Source: Raja brachyura
Lineage: Eukaryota
DNA: 64,000 bases
Assembly: GCA_963514005.1 (NCBI GenBank)
Contig: OY740798.1
Location: 44,516,001 to 44,580,000, forward strand
Reading direction: 5' to 3'
Position 1 is the first letter of the stretch. Each line of letters opens with the position of its first letter. Below the pieces are notes generated by a model. It saw nothing but the letters and a program-made list of their open reading frames with translations. It was not told the DNA's origin and did not search any database. Position numbers and translations under genes: made by a program. Of the stretch, positions 45,101-57,100 are shown piece after piece.

Positions 45101-48100
45101 CCTGTGTACTTCAGAACTTCACAATCCTCAGTACACAGAGTAAAGTTACAGAGGCCTGATTTACCTGCAGAAGTCACAGTTGCCTGACCTGGAGGCAAAG
45201 AAAGAAATATCAGGTTGTGTACACCTGATAGGTATGTTACAAAACTTACCTTTAGCGGCGCTGCACTTCTGCCGCTCCCCGTGTGCGCGACTTTAGCGCC
45301 TGTCAGAGGGGGGCGGGCTTAAAGTGCCGATTTTCACCAGACCAGGATAATCGATGAATGTCGGGCGATTTAATTGCGGAAGAAAAATCGCTCCGACATT
45401 TCATCCATTAAGGTATTTTTAAATTACTCTAAGTTATTTGTTAACTAGAGTAATTTAAAAATCACCTTCAAAAGCCGTGACCGCAGACCACCGGAAGCAT
45501 TTTCCGTAGGGGAGAAAAAAAGGTAAATACTTTATTTTTTTATTAAAAGTTGGTTTTTTGGGAGGCATAAATACTATTTTAATGTTGCGAAATGGGTTCC
45601 CCAAAAAATGTATGAACCCCCAGTATTTTCCCCCCCGACTTCACCGCTAACCGCAACGTTCCAATCCACCGCATTCCGCTAAAACCCACTCGCTAGTTGA
45701 TTTAAATGGCCATTTATTTACAGGCATTAAACACTAAATTCCTTCCATTTGGCCCAGAAATTCATGAAAATGAGATTTAAAAATTATGTTATATTGTGGA
45801 TTATTGTGTGAATGTTATTTGGACACTTAGGCAATTAAAAAAAAGTTTATCTTTTCTTAAGAAATTGATAGATGTTTAGATCTACTCATTGAATTTTGTA
45901 ATTAGCTACAATTAGATAACTAACTAATTATATACTTTAATTTCAGGTAATCCAAGTAAGATTGTTTAATATTTGTTTCAGAATGCTTCAATCTATAATG
46001 ACTGAAAATTTCATTGAGTTCTCTTAATTTTTAATAAAGTTATGGGCTTTTAATTTTTCCAGATCACAGCTTTTGAGTTAAGTCAATTGAAAGGCAATGG
46101 GAAGCAAGATACTCATTTCCGAGCATGAAAATGGCCATAACTTTCTTAATACTGAAGATATGAAAGTAAATTAGGTGTCAAATTAAACTTCTTGTTATGC
46201 TTTATCTGATGGGATAAATTGCAGACTTGATTTTTAAAATCTCAAAATTTTGTAACATTGCTACACCTGAAGGTGATGTAACTGATGACTATCTTTATGT
46301 ATGATGTTGAAGCTGGTTCATGTCTTTCACTTGGGAAATAAGTTTGAAATGTGTGAATATTATTTTGCCGACTGCATCAAGGATCAGGATATTCTGAACC
46401 AAATCTGAGCAAACAGCATTGTCTGTTTTTTAGGAGCTGGTTGGCAGCGGTTTTTCTAGCTCTGTCATTAATGCAAACAAACACAATGTTTTTCAACTGG
46501 TTTGAATGGATACAAAAAATGGGAATCAGTTTTCCTTGATGATGTTTGACATGGCAACATCACCAGAATGTGCGTGATCAGGTGTGTAAAATTATCTTTG
46601 GAAATGGATGGACATATATTTTCCAAGGAAAAGCAAGTGTGTGTAATTATTTTCCATCCATTGCCAATCAATGCTGTTGCAATTTTCGGCGTTGGGATTA
46701 TGGATTACATCACAACCTGATGTTGCTGTTGAGGCCGACTTGAAACAATTTTATCCTGGAGCTCAACAGTTGCAAGCAAGACGCCTCTGACACGTTGAAA
46801 CAATTAAAAACTCAAAAAAATTAATTCACTAGAAAATAAAGGTAGTATAGAAATACATTTGCACTATGTATTATCATGTTGAAATAAAGATTGGAGCAAC
46901 ATATTCACAATCTGAGGCATTTCTTGCATTCATCTTTAGATAGCAAGAGTAATTGCACAAAATCTCTTTTTTTGCAATGTGCATGGAAGAGGTCTCTGAT
47001 AATTGACACACTTACCAGGTAACATTATTCGCCCGTCATTCTCACAGGTACATGTGGTAGTTCCTCTTGACGTTGGTGTTACTGTCACTGTTGTAGATGC
47101 TGTTGTAGTTTCTGCTGTAGTGGTTGTCGTTTGACATCTTCCTGTGTACTTCATAACTTCACAATCGTCAGTACACCGAGTAAAGTTACAGAGGCCTGAT
47201 TTACCTGCAGACGTCACAGTTGCCTGACCTGGAGGCAAAATAATGAAAATCAGGTTGTGTACACCTGAAGGTGATGTAACTGATAAATATCTTTGTGTAT
47301 GATGTTGAATATGAGTATTTCAGTTGTGCAGAATTGTTGAGGAGGCTCTAATATAATTTCAATGAGTTTGTGCCAAGAATCAAGAAATTCTGTCCCTTCC
47401 CTGAGAAAACACCAGTGTGTGTTTTCATATCGTAGCTTGTGGTTCACATTGCCGATAGAATGGAAAAACTCAACACAGAATCCAGCTGAAGAGTTAACGG
47501 GAATTGCCGTAAGATTGCTCAGCTGCGTTGTGTATTTTTGTGAAGAAATATCATTTCAGCGGGGCATGATCAGGCCCATAACACAGCCATGGGATCGGGT
47601 GGACCACAGCATTTCCAGTACAGATGTCGGGGTTCTGCATTGTGCACAAATATCTACTGATCAATGCTGCTGCTAATCTCAATGTAGGGATGTTGAACTG
47701 TATCGTAATATGATGTTGCATTTGAGGAGCATTTGAACCAAATATATCCAGCAGCTCTATGGTTGCAAGGAAGAAGGTCGCATTGGAGCAAAAACTTTGA
47801 CCACATTAACTCAAACGGAAATTTATTGAAAGCAATAAGTTGCGATAATTTTTGTTAACATATAGTATAATGCATTAGCTTCATAATCTGATGCATTTCT
47901 TGCAATCATCTGCACATTGCTAAAGACATTGCTAAAAATGTGAACAGAAGATCACTTTTACTGACACACTTACCTGGTGACATTTTACGTCCGTCATCAT
48001 CACATGAACAGATTGTAGTTCCTTTTGATGTTGGTGTTACTGTCACCGTTGTAGATGCTGGTGTTGTGGTTTCTGTTGTTGTAGATGTAGTTTCACATCT

Positions 48101-51100
48101 TCCTGTGTACTTCAGAACTTCACAATCCTCAGTACACAGAGTAACGTTACAGAGGCCTGATATACCTGCAGACGTCACTGTTGCCTGACCTGGAGGCAAA
48201 GTAATGAAAATCAGGTTGTGTACACCTGAATGTAATAAAACCATGAAATATCTGTATCTCCGCTAATGAAGCTGCTATTGCACTTGGTAGCTTTTGGACA
48301 TCGGTGTTTTCAGGGAACTGCTGGACTCATTATTTTCGAGACATTTCCCAGATATAGTGATGGCTGCTTAAGGACTCACGTGTACCTTAATATCAGTTCT
48401 CCAAATTCTCTTTCCAGACACTAAGTTTCACAATATTCCAAGATTCTTCTGAGATTTGGAACAACACCAACAGCCACCATGTAGACAAACACACACTAGG
48501 CGCAGGAACTACCTCTCAAATCCAATCCGCCAGTCATAGTGTTCTACAGCATGGAAACTCATCCAAGCTAACCAAATTACCTAATTGAATGTCCCATTTA
48601 CCTGTGTTTGGCCCATAATCATTTGAAACTTTCCCATGTACCCACCAGTCCAAATGTCTTTTAAGCCACAGTTTGATTCCTACTGTTATGATCTAATTAC
48701 CTAATATAACAGCTAATTTATTATATTATTAAACATTATTGTTTATTGCAAATTTGTTTGTTGTATTGTTGTGTTTAATGTGCCTATAAAGCCTCAGGAA
48801 GTAACAGTTTCAGTGTCCAGTCCTTATGAATATTATAATTAAACAATCGCGACTCTTGCTTTCTATGTTGTAATTATACCCTCCTGTACCACTTCCTTCG
48901 GCAGCATGCTCCACATACTCACCAGCCTTTAATGCATTTTTAATACCTCTTCAGTTTAGTTTAGTTGAGAGATACAGTGCAGAATGAGGGCCCTTTGGCC
49001 CACTGGGTCTGTGCTGACCAGCATTCCCTGCACATTAATGCCCACTAGGGACAATTTTTACATTTACCAAGCCAATTAACCTACAAAACTGCCCGCCTTT
49101 GGAGTGTGGGAGGAAACCGAAGATCTCAGAGAAAACCCACACAGGTCACGGGGTGAACGTACAAACTGCGTACAAATAGCACCCATAGTCGGGATCGACC
49201 CCAGGTCTTTGGCGCTGCATTCGCTGTAAGGCAGCAACTCTACCACTGAGCCAATAAGGTCATGTCTGTTATTTCTGTGATTTTAAATCACTCTCCCATC
49301 TACCCATTGTAATTTTTCAACTCTCATATCTTGTCCTGAATCTATCTCCCTCTGCTTTAGTAGATAGAAAATCTCCACTTCCACTGTTTTAAGAAAGAGA
49401 GAATCTTGTTTCTTTGAGAGAACAAAATCATCTCCAATCAGAAATGAGAGACTTATTTTAAATCAGATCCCTTGTCATTTTTAAATGTAGAGAAATCAGT
49501 GAATCAGGGAAGGTCAATGTGTTCATGGAAAGCAGCTGATGGACAATATGTGTCCACTGTTCCACAATGGGTATTCTCACACCAGAGTGAGTTTTATGAA
49601 CACAGTTTTTCTGCCATTGGTGATTATCATTGTACCCTGTTTCCGTGAACAAACTCAGAAGTGTGCAAAGGAAAGGCAAGCTGCAGTTTTCATGGGCATA
49701 ATTGGAGACAGATGATTGATGACAATTTGTGCAAACTACAATGTGTACTGAAGAATACTGCAAAACATAATCAAAAGCAAGAGAGAGAAAATAGTGCATG
49801 GTCACACTAATTGGGAAGGACCCAGAAATAATGATCAAGATTTGACAATCAAGATTTGTTAATAGAATACAATTAAGTAATGAATTAATTAGCAAAATTA
49901 CCTGGTGATAATATCTTCCCTTGTACTGTGCACGAGCATGTTGTTGTTGGTACGGTGGTCGTTGATGTGGGTTGGGTTCGTTCAGATGAAGTTTCAGTGG
50001 TAGTTGTGGTTGTGGCTGTCACTGTAGTGACTGGAGTTGTTGAGGTGGTCAGCAGTGGTTCTGTCTTTGGCACGGTGGAGGCAGTTGTGGTTGGGCTAGA
50101 TGTTGTGGTGGTGACTGTTGTCGGTAAGGTGGTGGTTGATGTTGGTTGGGTTGTTTCCGATGTGGTTTCAGTGGAGGTTGTAGTGATGCTATGTGTAGTG
50201 ACTGGAACTGTTGTAGTGGTGACTGTTGTCGGTACGGTGGTGGTTGATGTTGGCTGGGTTCTCTCGGGTGTAGTTTCAACGGAGGTTGTAGTTGTGGTGC
50301 TGTGTGTAGTGACTGGAGTAGTGGTGGTAGCTGTTGTGGGAGAAGTTGTCGTTGATGTTGGCTGGGTTCTGTCGGGTGTAGTTTCAATGGAGGTTGTAGT
50401 GATGCTATGTGTAGTGACTGGAGTAGTGGTGGTGACTGTTGTTGGTAATGTGGTTGTTGATGTTGGCTGGGTTCTGTCGGGTGTAGTTTCAATGGAGGTT
50501 GTAGTTGTGGTACTGTGTGTTGTGACTGGAACTGTTGTAGTGGTGACTGTTGTTGGTAATGTGGTGGTTGATGTTGGCTGGGTTCTGTCGGGTGTAGTTT
50601 CAATGGAGGTTGTAGTGATGCTATGTGTAGTGACTGGAGTAGTGGTGGTGACTGTTGTTGGCAAGGTGGTTGTTGATGTTGGCTGGGTTCTCTCGGGTGT
50701 AGTTTTAATGGAGGTTGTAGTTGTGGTGCTGTGTGTCGTGACTGGAACTGTTGTAGTGGTGACTGTTGTTGGCAAGGTGGTTGTTGATGTTGGCTGGGTT
50801 CTCTCGGGTGTAGTTTCAATGGAGGTTGTAGTTGTGGTGCTGTGTGTCGTGACTGGAGTTGTTGAGGTGGTCAACAGTGCTTCTGTCTTTGGAGCGGTGG
50901 AGGCAGTTGGGCTAGATGTTGTAGTGGTGACTGTTGTCTGTGAAGTGGTTGTTGATGTTGGCTGGGTTCTTTCAGGTGTAGTTTCAATGGAGGTTGTAGT
51001 TGTGGTACTGTGTGTAGTGACTGGAGTGGTGGTGGTGACTGTTGTTGGCAAGGTGGTTGTTGATGTTGGCTGGGTTCCCTCAGGTGTAGTTTTAATGGAG

Positions 51101-54100
51101 GTTGTAGTGATGCTATGTGTAGTGACTGGAACTGTTGTAGTGGTGACTGTTGTCGGTACGGTGGTGGTTGATGTTGGCTGGGTCCTCTCAGGTGTAGTTT
51201 CAACGGAGATGGTAGTTGTGGTGCTGTGTGTCGTGACTGGAGTGGTGGTGGTTGGTGTAGGCGTAGTGGTAGTGGATGTTGGCTGGGTTCTCTCGGGTGT
51301 GGTTTCAGTGGAGACTGTAGCTGTGGTGCTATGTGTAGTGACTGGAGTGGTGGTGGTGACTGTTGTCGGTGAGGTGGTGGTTGATGTTGGCTGGGTTCTT
51401 TTTGTGGTAGTTTCAGTGGAGGTTGTAGTTGTGGTACTGTGTGTAGTGACTGCAGCTGTTGTTGTAGTGGTCTTCTGTGCCGTTGTCGTTGGAGTTGGAA
51501 TTGAATTTTTGGTGGTGGCCGTTGCAGACGTAAAAATCCATGGGACTGGAGTTCCTGTGGTTGGGGTTGTTTCAAAGCTAAGTGTTGTGCTGGGAACCGT
51601 GGAAGTCTTGGGAGTGCATGGATACACCTGTCGGATTATTGTCCCATTCACACCGCATGTTGCTTTGATACATCCTCCAATACCGTCTGTGGTATGGTAG
51701 ATAATATCTCCATTATGGAATGTTTTGCCATCATAGACACAGGTGCACGCTAAAAAAAAGGAAAAATAAAAATCAACAATGAACAGTAAATGATAATGTT
51801 TAAGAAAGAACTGCAGATGCTGGAAAAATCGAAGGTAGACAAAAATGCTGGAGAAACTCAGCAGGTGAGGCAGCGTCTATGGAGCGAAGGAAATAGGCGA
51901 CGTTTCGGGTCGAGACCCTTCTTCAGACTGATGTGGGGGTGGTGGGGGCGGGAAGAAGAAAGGAAGAGGCGGAGACAGTGGGCTGTGGGAGAGCTGGAAA
52001 GGGGAGGGGAAAGAGGGAGAAAGCAAGGACCACCTGAAATTGGAGAAGTCAATGGGAGAAATCAATGAAATTGGAGGTCAAGTCAATGACTTCTCCAATT
52101 TCAGGTAGTCCTTGCTTTTCTCCAGCATTTTTGTCTACCTACAATAAATTATCATGATACATGAACATACGAATAAGCAATAAAACACATTATTTACTGG
52201 TGTGATGCAGTCATTGTTGATTTATGAGGTTATTCTATGACCCCGTTGACCCACATAACATCCTTTGTGTTAATGAATTTTATAAATCTCAAATTTTAAA
52301 CTCTCATTCAATATAATCTTAACTGCTAACTGCAAGAATGAAATTCATACTTAATTCACCCTTAGCAGATAAAATTGTCCTTGAAGTTGAATCCTGAAAT
52401 AATTTGGTAGACTGCTCTAGAAGACTAGATTGCATCGGATCCAAGGGGAGGCAGCCAACTGGATAGACAATTGGCTTAACGGAAGGAAGCAGAGGGCGAT
52501 GGTGGTGGTAGTTTATTGGACTAGAGGCCTGTGACTAGTAGTGTGGCTCAGGAATTGGTGCTGGGCCCATTGCTGTTTGTGGGCATTGACTTGGATGTAG
52601 TTGAGAATGTAGTTGGCAGGATTAGTAAATTTGCAGATGACATTAAAGTGGGTGGTATCATAAATAGCGAAGATGGTTATCACAATTTACAGCAAGATCA
52701 GTTGGGCAAGAGGGCTGGGGAATGATTAATGAAGTTTACGGCCGATAAGTGTGAGGTGTTGCAGTTTTGCCAAGTCTAAACAGGACAGAGCCTTCACAGT
52801 GAATGTTAGGGCCCTGGGGAGTTTGGCACAGCCGCAGGATATAGGAGCGCTCCTTGGGTTGGTCACGAAGGCTTCATCAGACATGGTACTGAGTATAGAT
52901 TTGGGATGTCATGTTACCGTTGTACAAGATGTTGGCGAGGCCATATTTTGAGTATTGTATTCGGTTCTGGTCACCCTTCCTATAGGAAGGATGGTGTTAA
53001 GCTGCAAAGAGTACACAATATATTTACGAGGATGTTGCCAGCATGTGAGGCCCTGAGCTATAGGGGGCGGCTAGGCAGGCTAGGACTTTATTTGTTGGAG
53101 CACATGAGGCTAGGGATTTACAGAGGTGGATAAGATCAGGTACGGTGAATTCACAGAGACATAGCCAGACAATGGGAATCAAGAAACAGCTGACATCGTT
53201 TTAAGGCGAGAGGGGAAAGATTTAATAGAAATCTGAGAAGCAACGTTTTCATTCAGAGGGTGGTGGGTATATTAAATGAACTGCCAGAGGCAGTAGTTAA
53301 AGCAGGTACTATATACAACATTCAAAAGACATTTGGACAGTTACACGGATTGGAAAGATTTAAGGGCCTGTCCCACTGTACGAGATAATTCAAGAGCTCC
53401 CCCGAGTTTAAAAAAAAATCAAACACGTGGTAAGCGCGTAGAATGTAGGTAGCGGGTACGTCGGAGCTCGGGACGTCTCTTAGCGGCTCGTAATGCTAAC
53501 GGCAGATACTCTGGAAACCCGGTAAGCTCGTGAAGATTTTACTACATGTTGAAAAATGTCCACGAGAGCCCCGAGTACCTACGAGCGGCTATTACCGTAA
53601 TTCTCCGAGTTCGAATCAGGGGAAACTGGGGGGAACTCTTGAATTAGCTCGTGCAGTGGGACAGGCCCTTGAGGGGGCACACAAAAAGCTGGAGAAACTC
53701 AGCGGGTGCAGCAGCATCTAAGAAGCGAAGGAGATAGGCGACGTTTCGGGTCGAGACCCTTCTTCAGACTGGGACTAGTGTACATGGGGTCTATGACTCA
53801 AATGAGGTCTGATTGTTTTCATTCTTTCCTCATTCCTTAACCACAATCCAGCAACATTATTTCCATCTACTCTTTGTCCTTTAGTATCCAGAATATTTTA
53901 GTCATCAATTGCAATACGTCTGATTTTTTTGAAAAATAAAACACCCAAGAAGAGCCTTGTCTGCAATGAACGTACCTGATTTGTGATAGGTGCAATGTAC
54001 TTCACCATTATTACACTTGCTAAAAAATATAAACAAAATGCATTAGTTATTCAATTTGACATTTCAGAACTGATATGCAATAAATTGACCTTGTTTCTTT

Positions 54101-57100
54101 ATAACTTTAGCAATGTTGCCATTGTTTAAAATTGAGAAATTGTCATTCATACACGAGGGTATACGGAGTGAGGAAGGCTTATTGGCCACGGAACCTTTGA
54201 AAGTAGCATCACTGAACAGTGGCACTGAACTGCTCATACTTTAGTTGATTCCACACCTTCATCGGAGTTTGCTAAAACGAATATTTTATGAAAGAGTAAT
54301 TTCATATTCGATTGTAGTCATTGAGCTCTGGGTGTGGATTTGCTCTCCAAGATTGCTGTATTTGTGTACAGTGACTATTTAAAATTCCCTGCGGTATAAA
54401 ATGCCAACATTTGTCCCTAGACGGAGATTCGACCTTTTTTGTATCGTGCCTTAACATCGTGGAGCTGGTGGTCCCTTTGTCAGGGATCGACTTCGGGAGC
54501 TCCAATCGCAGGAGCTTCGACCGACCCGATCGCCCCGATGCGGTGGGTTTGATTGGCGAATGCGAGAGCTTTGATTGCCCGACTGCGGATGTTTCGATTG
54601 CCCCGACTCGCGGGAAGGAATACATTATTTGCCTTCCATCACAGTGGGGAATGTGAGGTTGCCGAGAAACAAGATGGATGTGCTGCCTGCGCTGGTTTGA
54701 ACCCCGTGGGAATGCCGTGACTGCAGTGATCTCAGTGTTTACGGGGACAATGCTCCATGAGGACATCCTGGAGTCTAGTGCGAGTGTGGACGGCTTTATG
54801 ACTGTTCGGGCGGACAGGGACTGCAGAGACAGTGACAGCGGTCGGTACAACTTTGGCCACATCACCGTGAAGGAGTGTGTGTGTGGCCCGGACATTGAAC
54901 TGATGGCTGTGGATCTCCGCGTATGCTGTGTGCCTTGGGGATTCCTGAGTATTGAGTCAAACGTGCTAACTGCAATTCCTCCATCTGCCACATGCTTAAT
55001 AATCACCACTGTTCCAAAACATATTCAACCAAAGGTTGGATGAGATTTTGTGCAACCACGGATTCAATTTTCATGAACGTTAGATGGTCCCAGCACCAAT
55101 GGAACACCATGACTAACAGTCATCAAAACAGTAAAATTACCCTCTGAAATCACTCTTTGTCCCCTACTGTCAAAGCAATTTTTGAACCAATTTTCAAGTT
55201 GGCCTGGATCCCACGTGACCCAACATTCTTTACCAGGCCCCTCTGTGGGACCTTGTTGAAGGCCTTACTGAAGTCCATGCAAACCATATTTATTATACTG
55301 CCTTCATTAATTCACTCTGTTGCCTCTTCAAAAATTTCAATCAGATGGGTCAGACAGGATCTTGCCAAATCCATGCAGTTGATCTCTGACCTGTCTCTGC
55401 GTTTTGATCATTAATCCTATCCCTCAGAAAGTTTCCCAGTAGCTTCCCACAACTGATGTCAGGCTCACAGTAATTGCCAGTCTTTTCCCTGCTGCCCTTG
55501 TTGAAAAGAGGCAGGGAGACACATTTGCCGTCCTCCTGTGTTCTGGTACACAACGATATAAACATCACTGCAATCTATGCCCTGCCCATCCCCACAGCAG
55601 CCTGGAATAAGTCTCACCTGGTCCTGGTGATTGGCCCATGTTTTAGCCCGCTTAGACATCAAGTACCCTCTCGTTATTTATAGGGACCTGCTTGAGAATA
55701 TCACCTGTCCCCTAAATTAATCCTCCAACCACAAAGTCCATTTCCTCAGAATATACCGAGGAACATTATTCATTTAGGACCACACCTATGTACCCAACGT
55801 GGGGCGAGTCCAGAACCAGGGACCACAGTCTTAGAATAAAGGGGAGGCCATTTAAGACTGAGGTGAGAAAACACTTTTTCACCCAGAGAGTTGTGAGTTT
55901 GTGGAATTCCCTGCCACAGAGGGCAGTGGAGGCCAAATCAGTGGATGGATTTAAGAGAGAGTTAAATAGAGCTCTAGGGGGCTAGTGGAGTCAAGGGATA
56001 TGGGGAGAAGGCAGGCACGGGTTATTGATAGAGGACGATCAGCCATGATCACAATGAATGGCGTTGCTGGCTCGAAAGGGCCGAATGGCCTCCTCCTGCA
56101 CCTATTTTCTATGTTTCTGCCTCCACCCATAGGTTGTCCCTCTTGTCTTTATCCTGTTCAGTGCCACCTCCAAATATACTCAGGTCATGGCCAATAGTGA
56201 AAAAGAAAATCTTGGCAGTGAACAGTTAATGGAGCCTACCCTTCCCCTGTTTATTCTTTTGTCCTGAATATATTTATAAAATGCCTTCAGGCATACCTTA
56301 CTCCTCTGCCAGTGATTTTTAGTGACCCCTCTTTGCTTTCCTTAATTTTGTTTTAAATACCTCGCTACAGACTGGCCTCCTTGTCTTGAGTTCTCTGAGC
56401 TTGCAATGAGTTTCACTTATTACTTTTTACAGGAACATGTTACTTACCAGGATTCACAATTCCGAGTAGATGGGACTGATTGACCTGGCTCGTAGTGTGT
56501 CCCATTAAGGTGACAGGGACAGTTGCTCAACGGAACGCACTGCATTTTATCTTCATCTAGAAACGGCTTCTCTGAGGGACAGTCTGGGTAGCAGCCTATG
56601 GTAAAACAAAAGTATAAGATTACAACTGACTGCTCAAACTTTCAGAGCACCAGGATTGTTGCTCTGTGGTCGATCTCTGGACTAATTTGTTCCAAATCAC
56701 AAAGAAATCCAGCAGTACGTTAAATTGCAATGAGCACCTTGATACCGTTTTTTTCCCCAGTGTAATATTCTATCTGGTTTCTAATAACAATGGTTATTAT
56801 CAGGAAATGGGTGTCGGGAAAGCAATACCATTTCTCCCACTCCCCTCAGGAATGTGGTGTGGTTCATGACGTGAAAGAGTCATGATTGTGGGAATGAGAG
56901 TCTGCCAGAGTACAAATACACCAATGTACATCCAGACTAGGATGATGAGCAGAAGCACCGAGCTGCAGATGCTGGTTTATACCAAAGATAGACACACAGT
57001 GCTGGAGGAACTCAGCGGGCCAGGCAGCATCTCTGAAGAAAAGGGATAAGTGACGTTTTGGGTCGGTACCCATCACAGTCTCTGCAATCTGGAGGTAGGG

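Larger units (their letters stand above)
17846..45228. repeat. Genomic tandem array, 2342-bp unit x ~11.7 (exon B 213 + intron 659 + exon A 213 + intron 1257)
   Basis: ORF-track starts recur at exact 2342 spacing (one 2343); units differ only by scattered substitutions. Confidence 0.98.

Noticed and set aside
17846-45228. CRISPR-like or prokaryotic/viral repeat system
   Set aside because: Units are 2.3 kb with no unique spacers; the context is a spliced vertebrate gene
14348-47238. ORF-track proteins starting MPPGQ as independent small genes
   Set aside because: The 'start' is a TTG in the polypyrimidine tract and the tails run past gtaagt donors; these are internal exons
14428-48189. Dscam/protocadherin-style diversity cassette or somatic rearrangement locus
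   Set aside because: Copies are almost identical, so little diversity could be generated; no recombination signal sequences or per-exon promoters seen; intron sizes permit constitutive inclusion
49458-49895. 145-aa - strand ORF following the PTS exon
   Set aside because: Intronic, downstream of the donor at 49901, with no recognisable motif
49928-51700. 590-aa Val-rich ORF on + strand, and Gln/Pro-rich ORFs 50049-50819 and 50871-51575
   Set aside because: Antisense and alternate-frame shadows of the ACN-rich PTS repeat, which naturally lack stops
54302-55009. 235-aa - strand ORF as an extra mucin exon or nested gene
   Set aside because: Antisense to a LINE remnant; the flanking mucin exons already join in phase (2-2) without it
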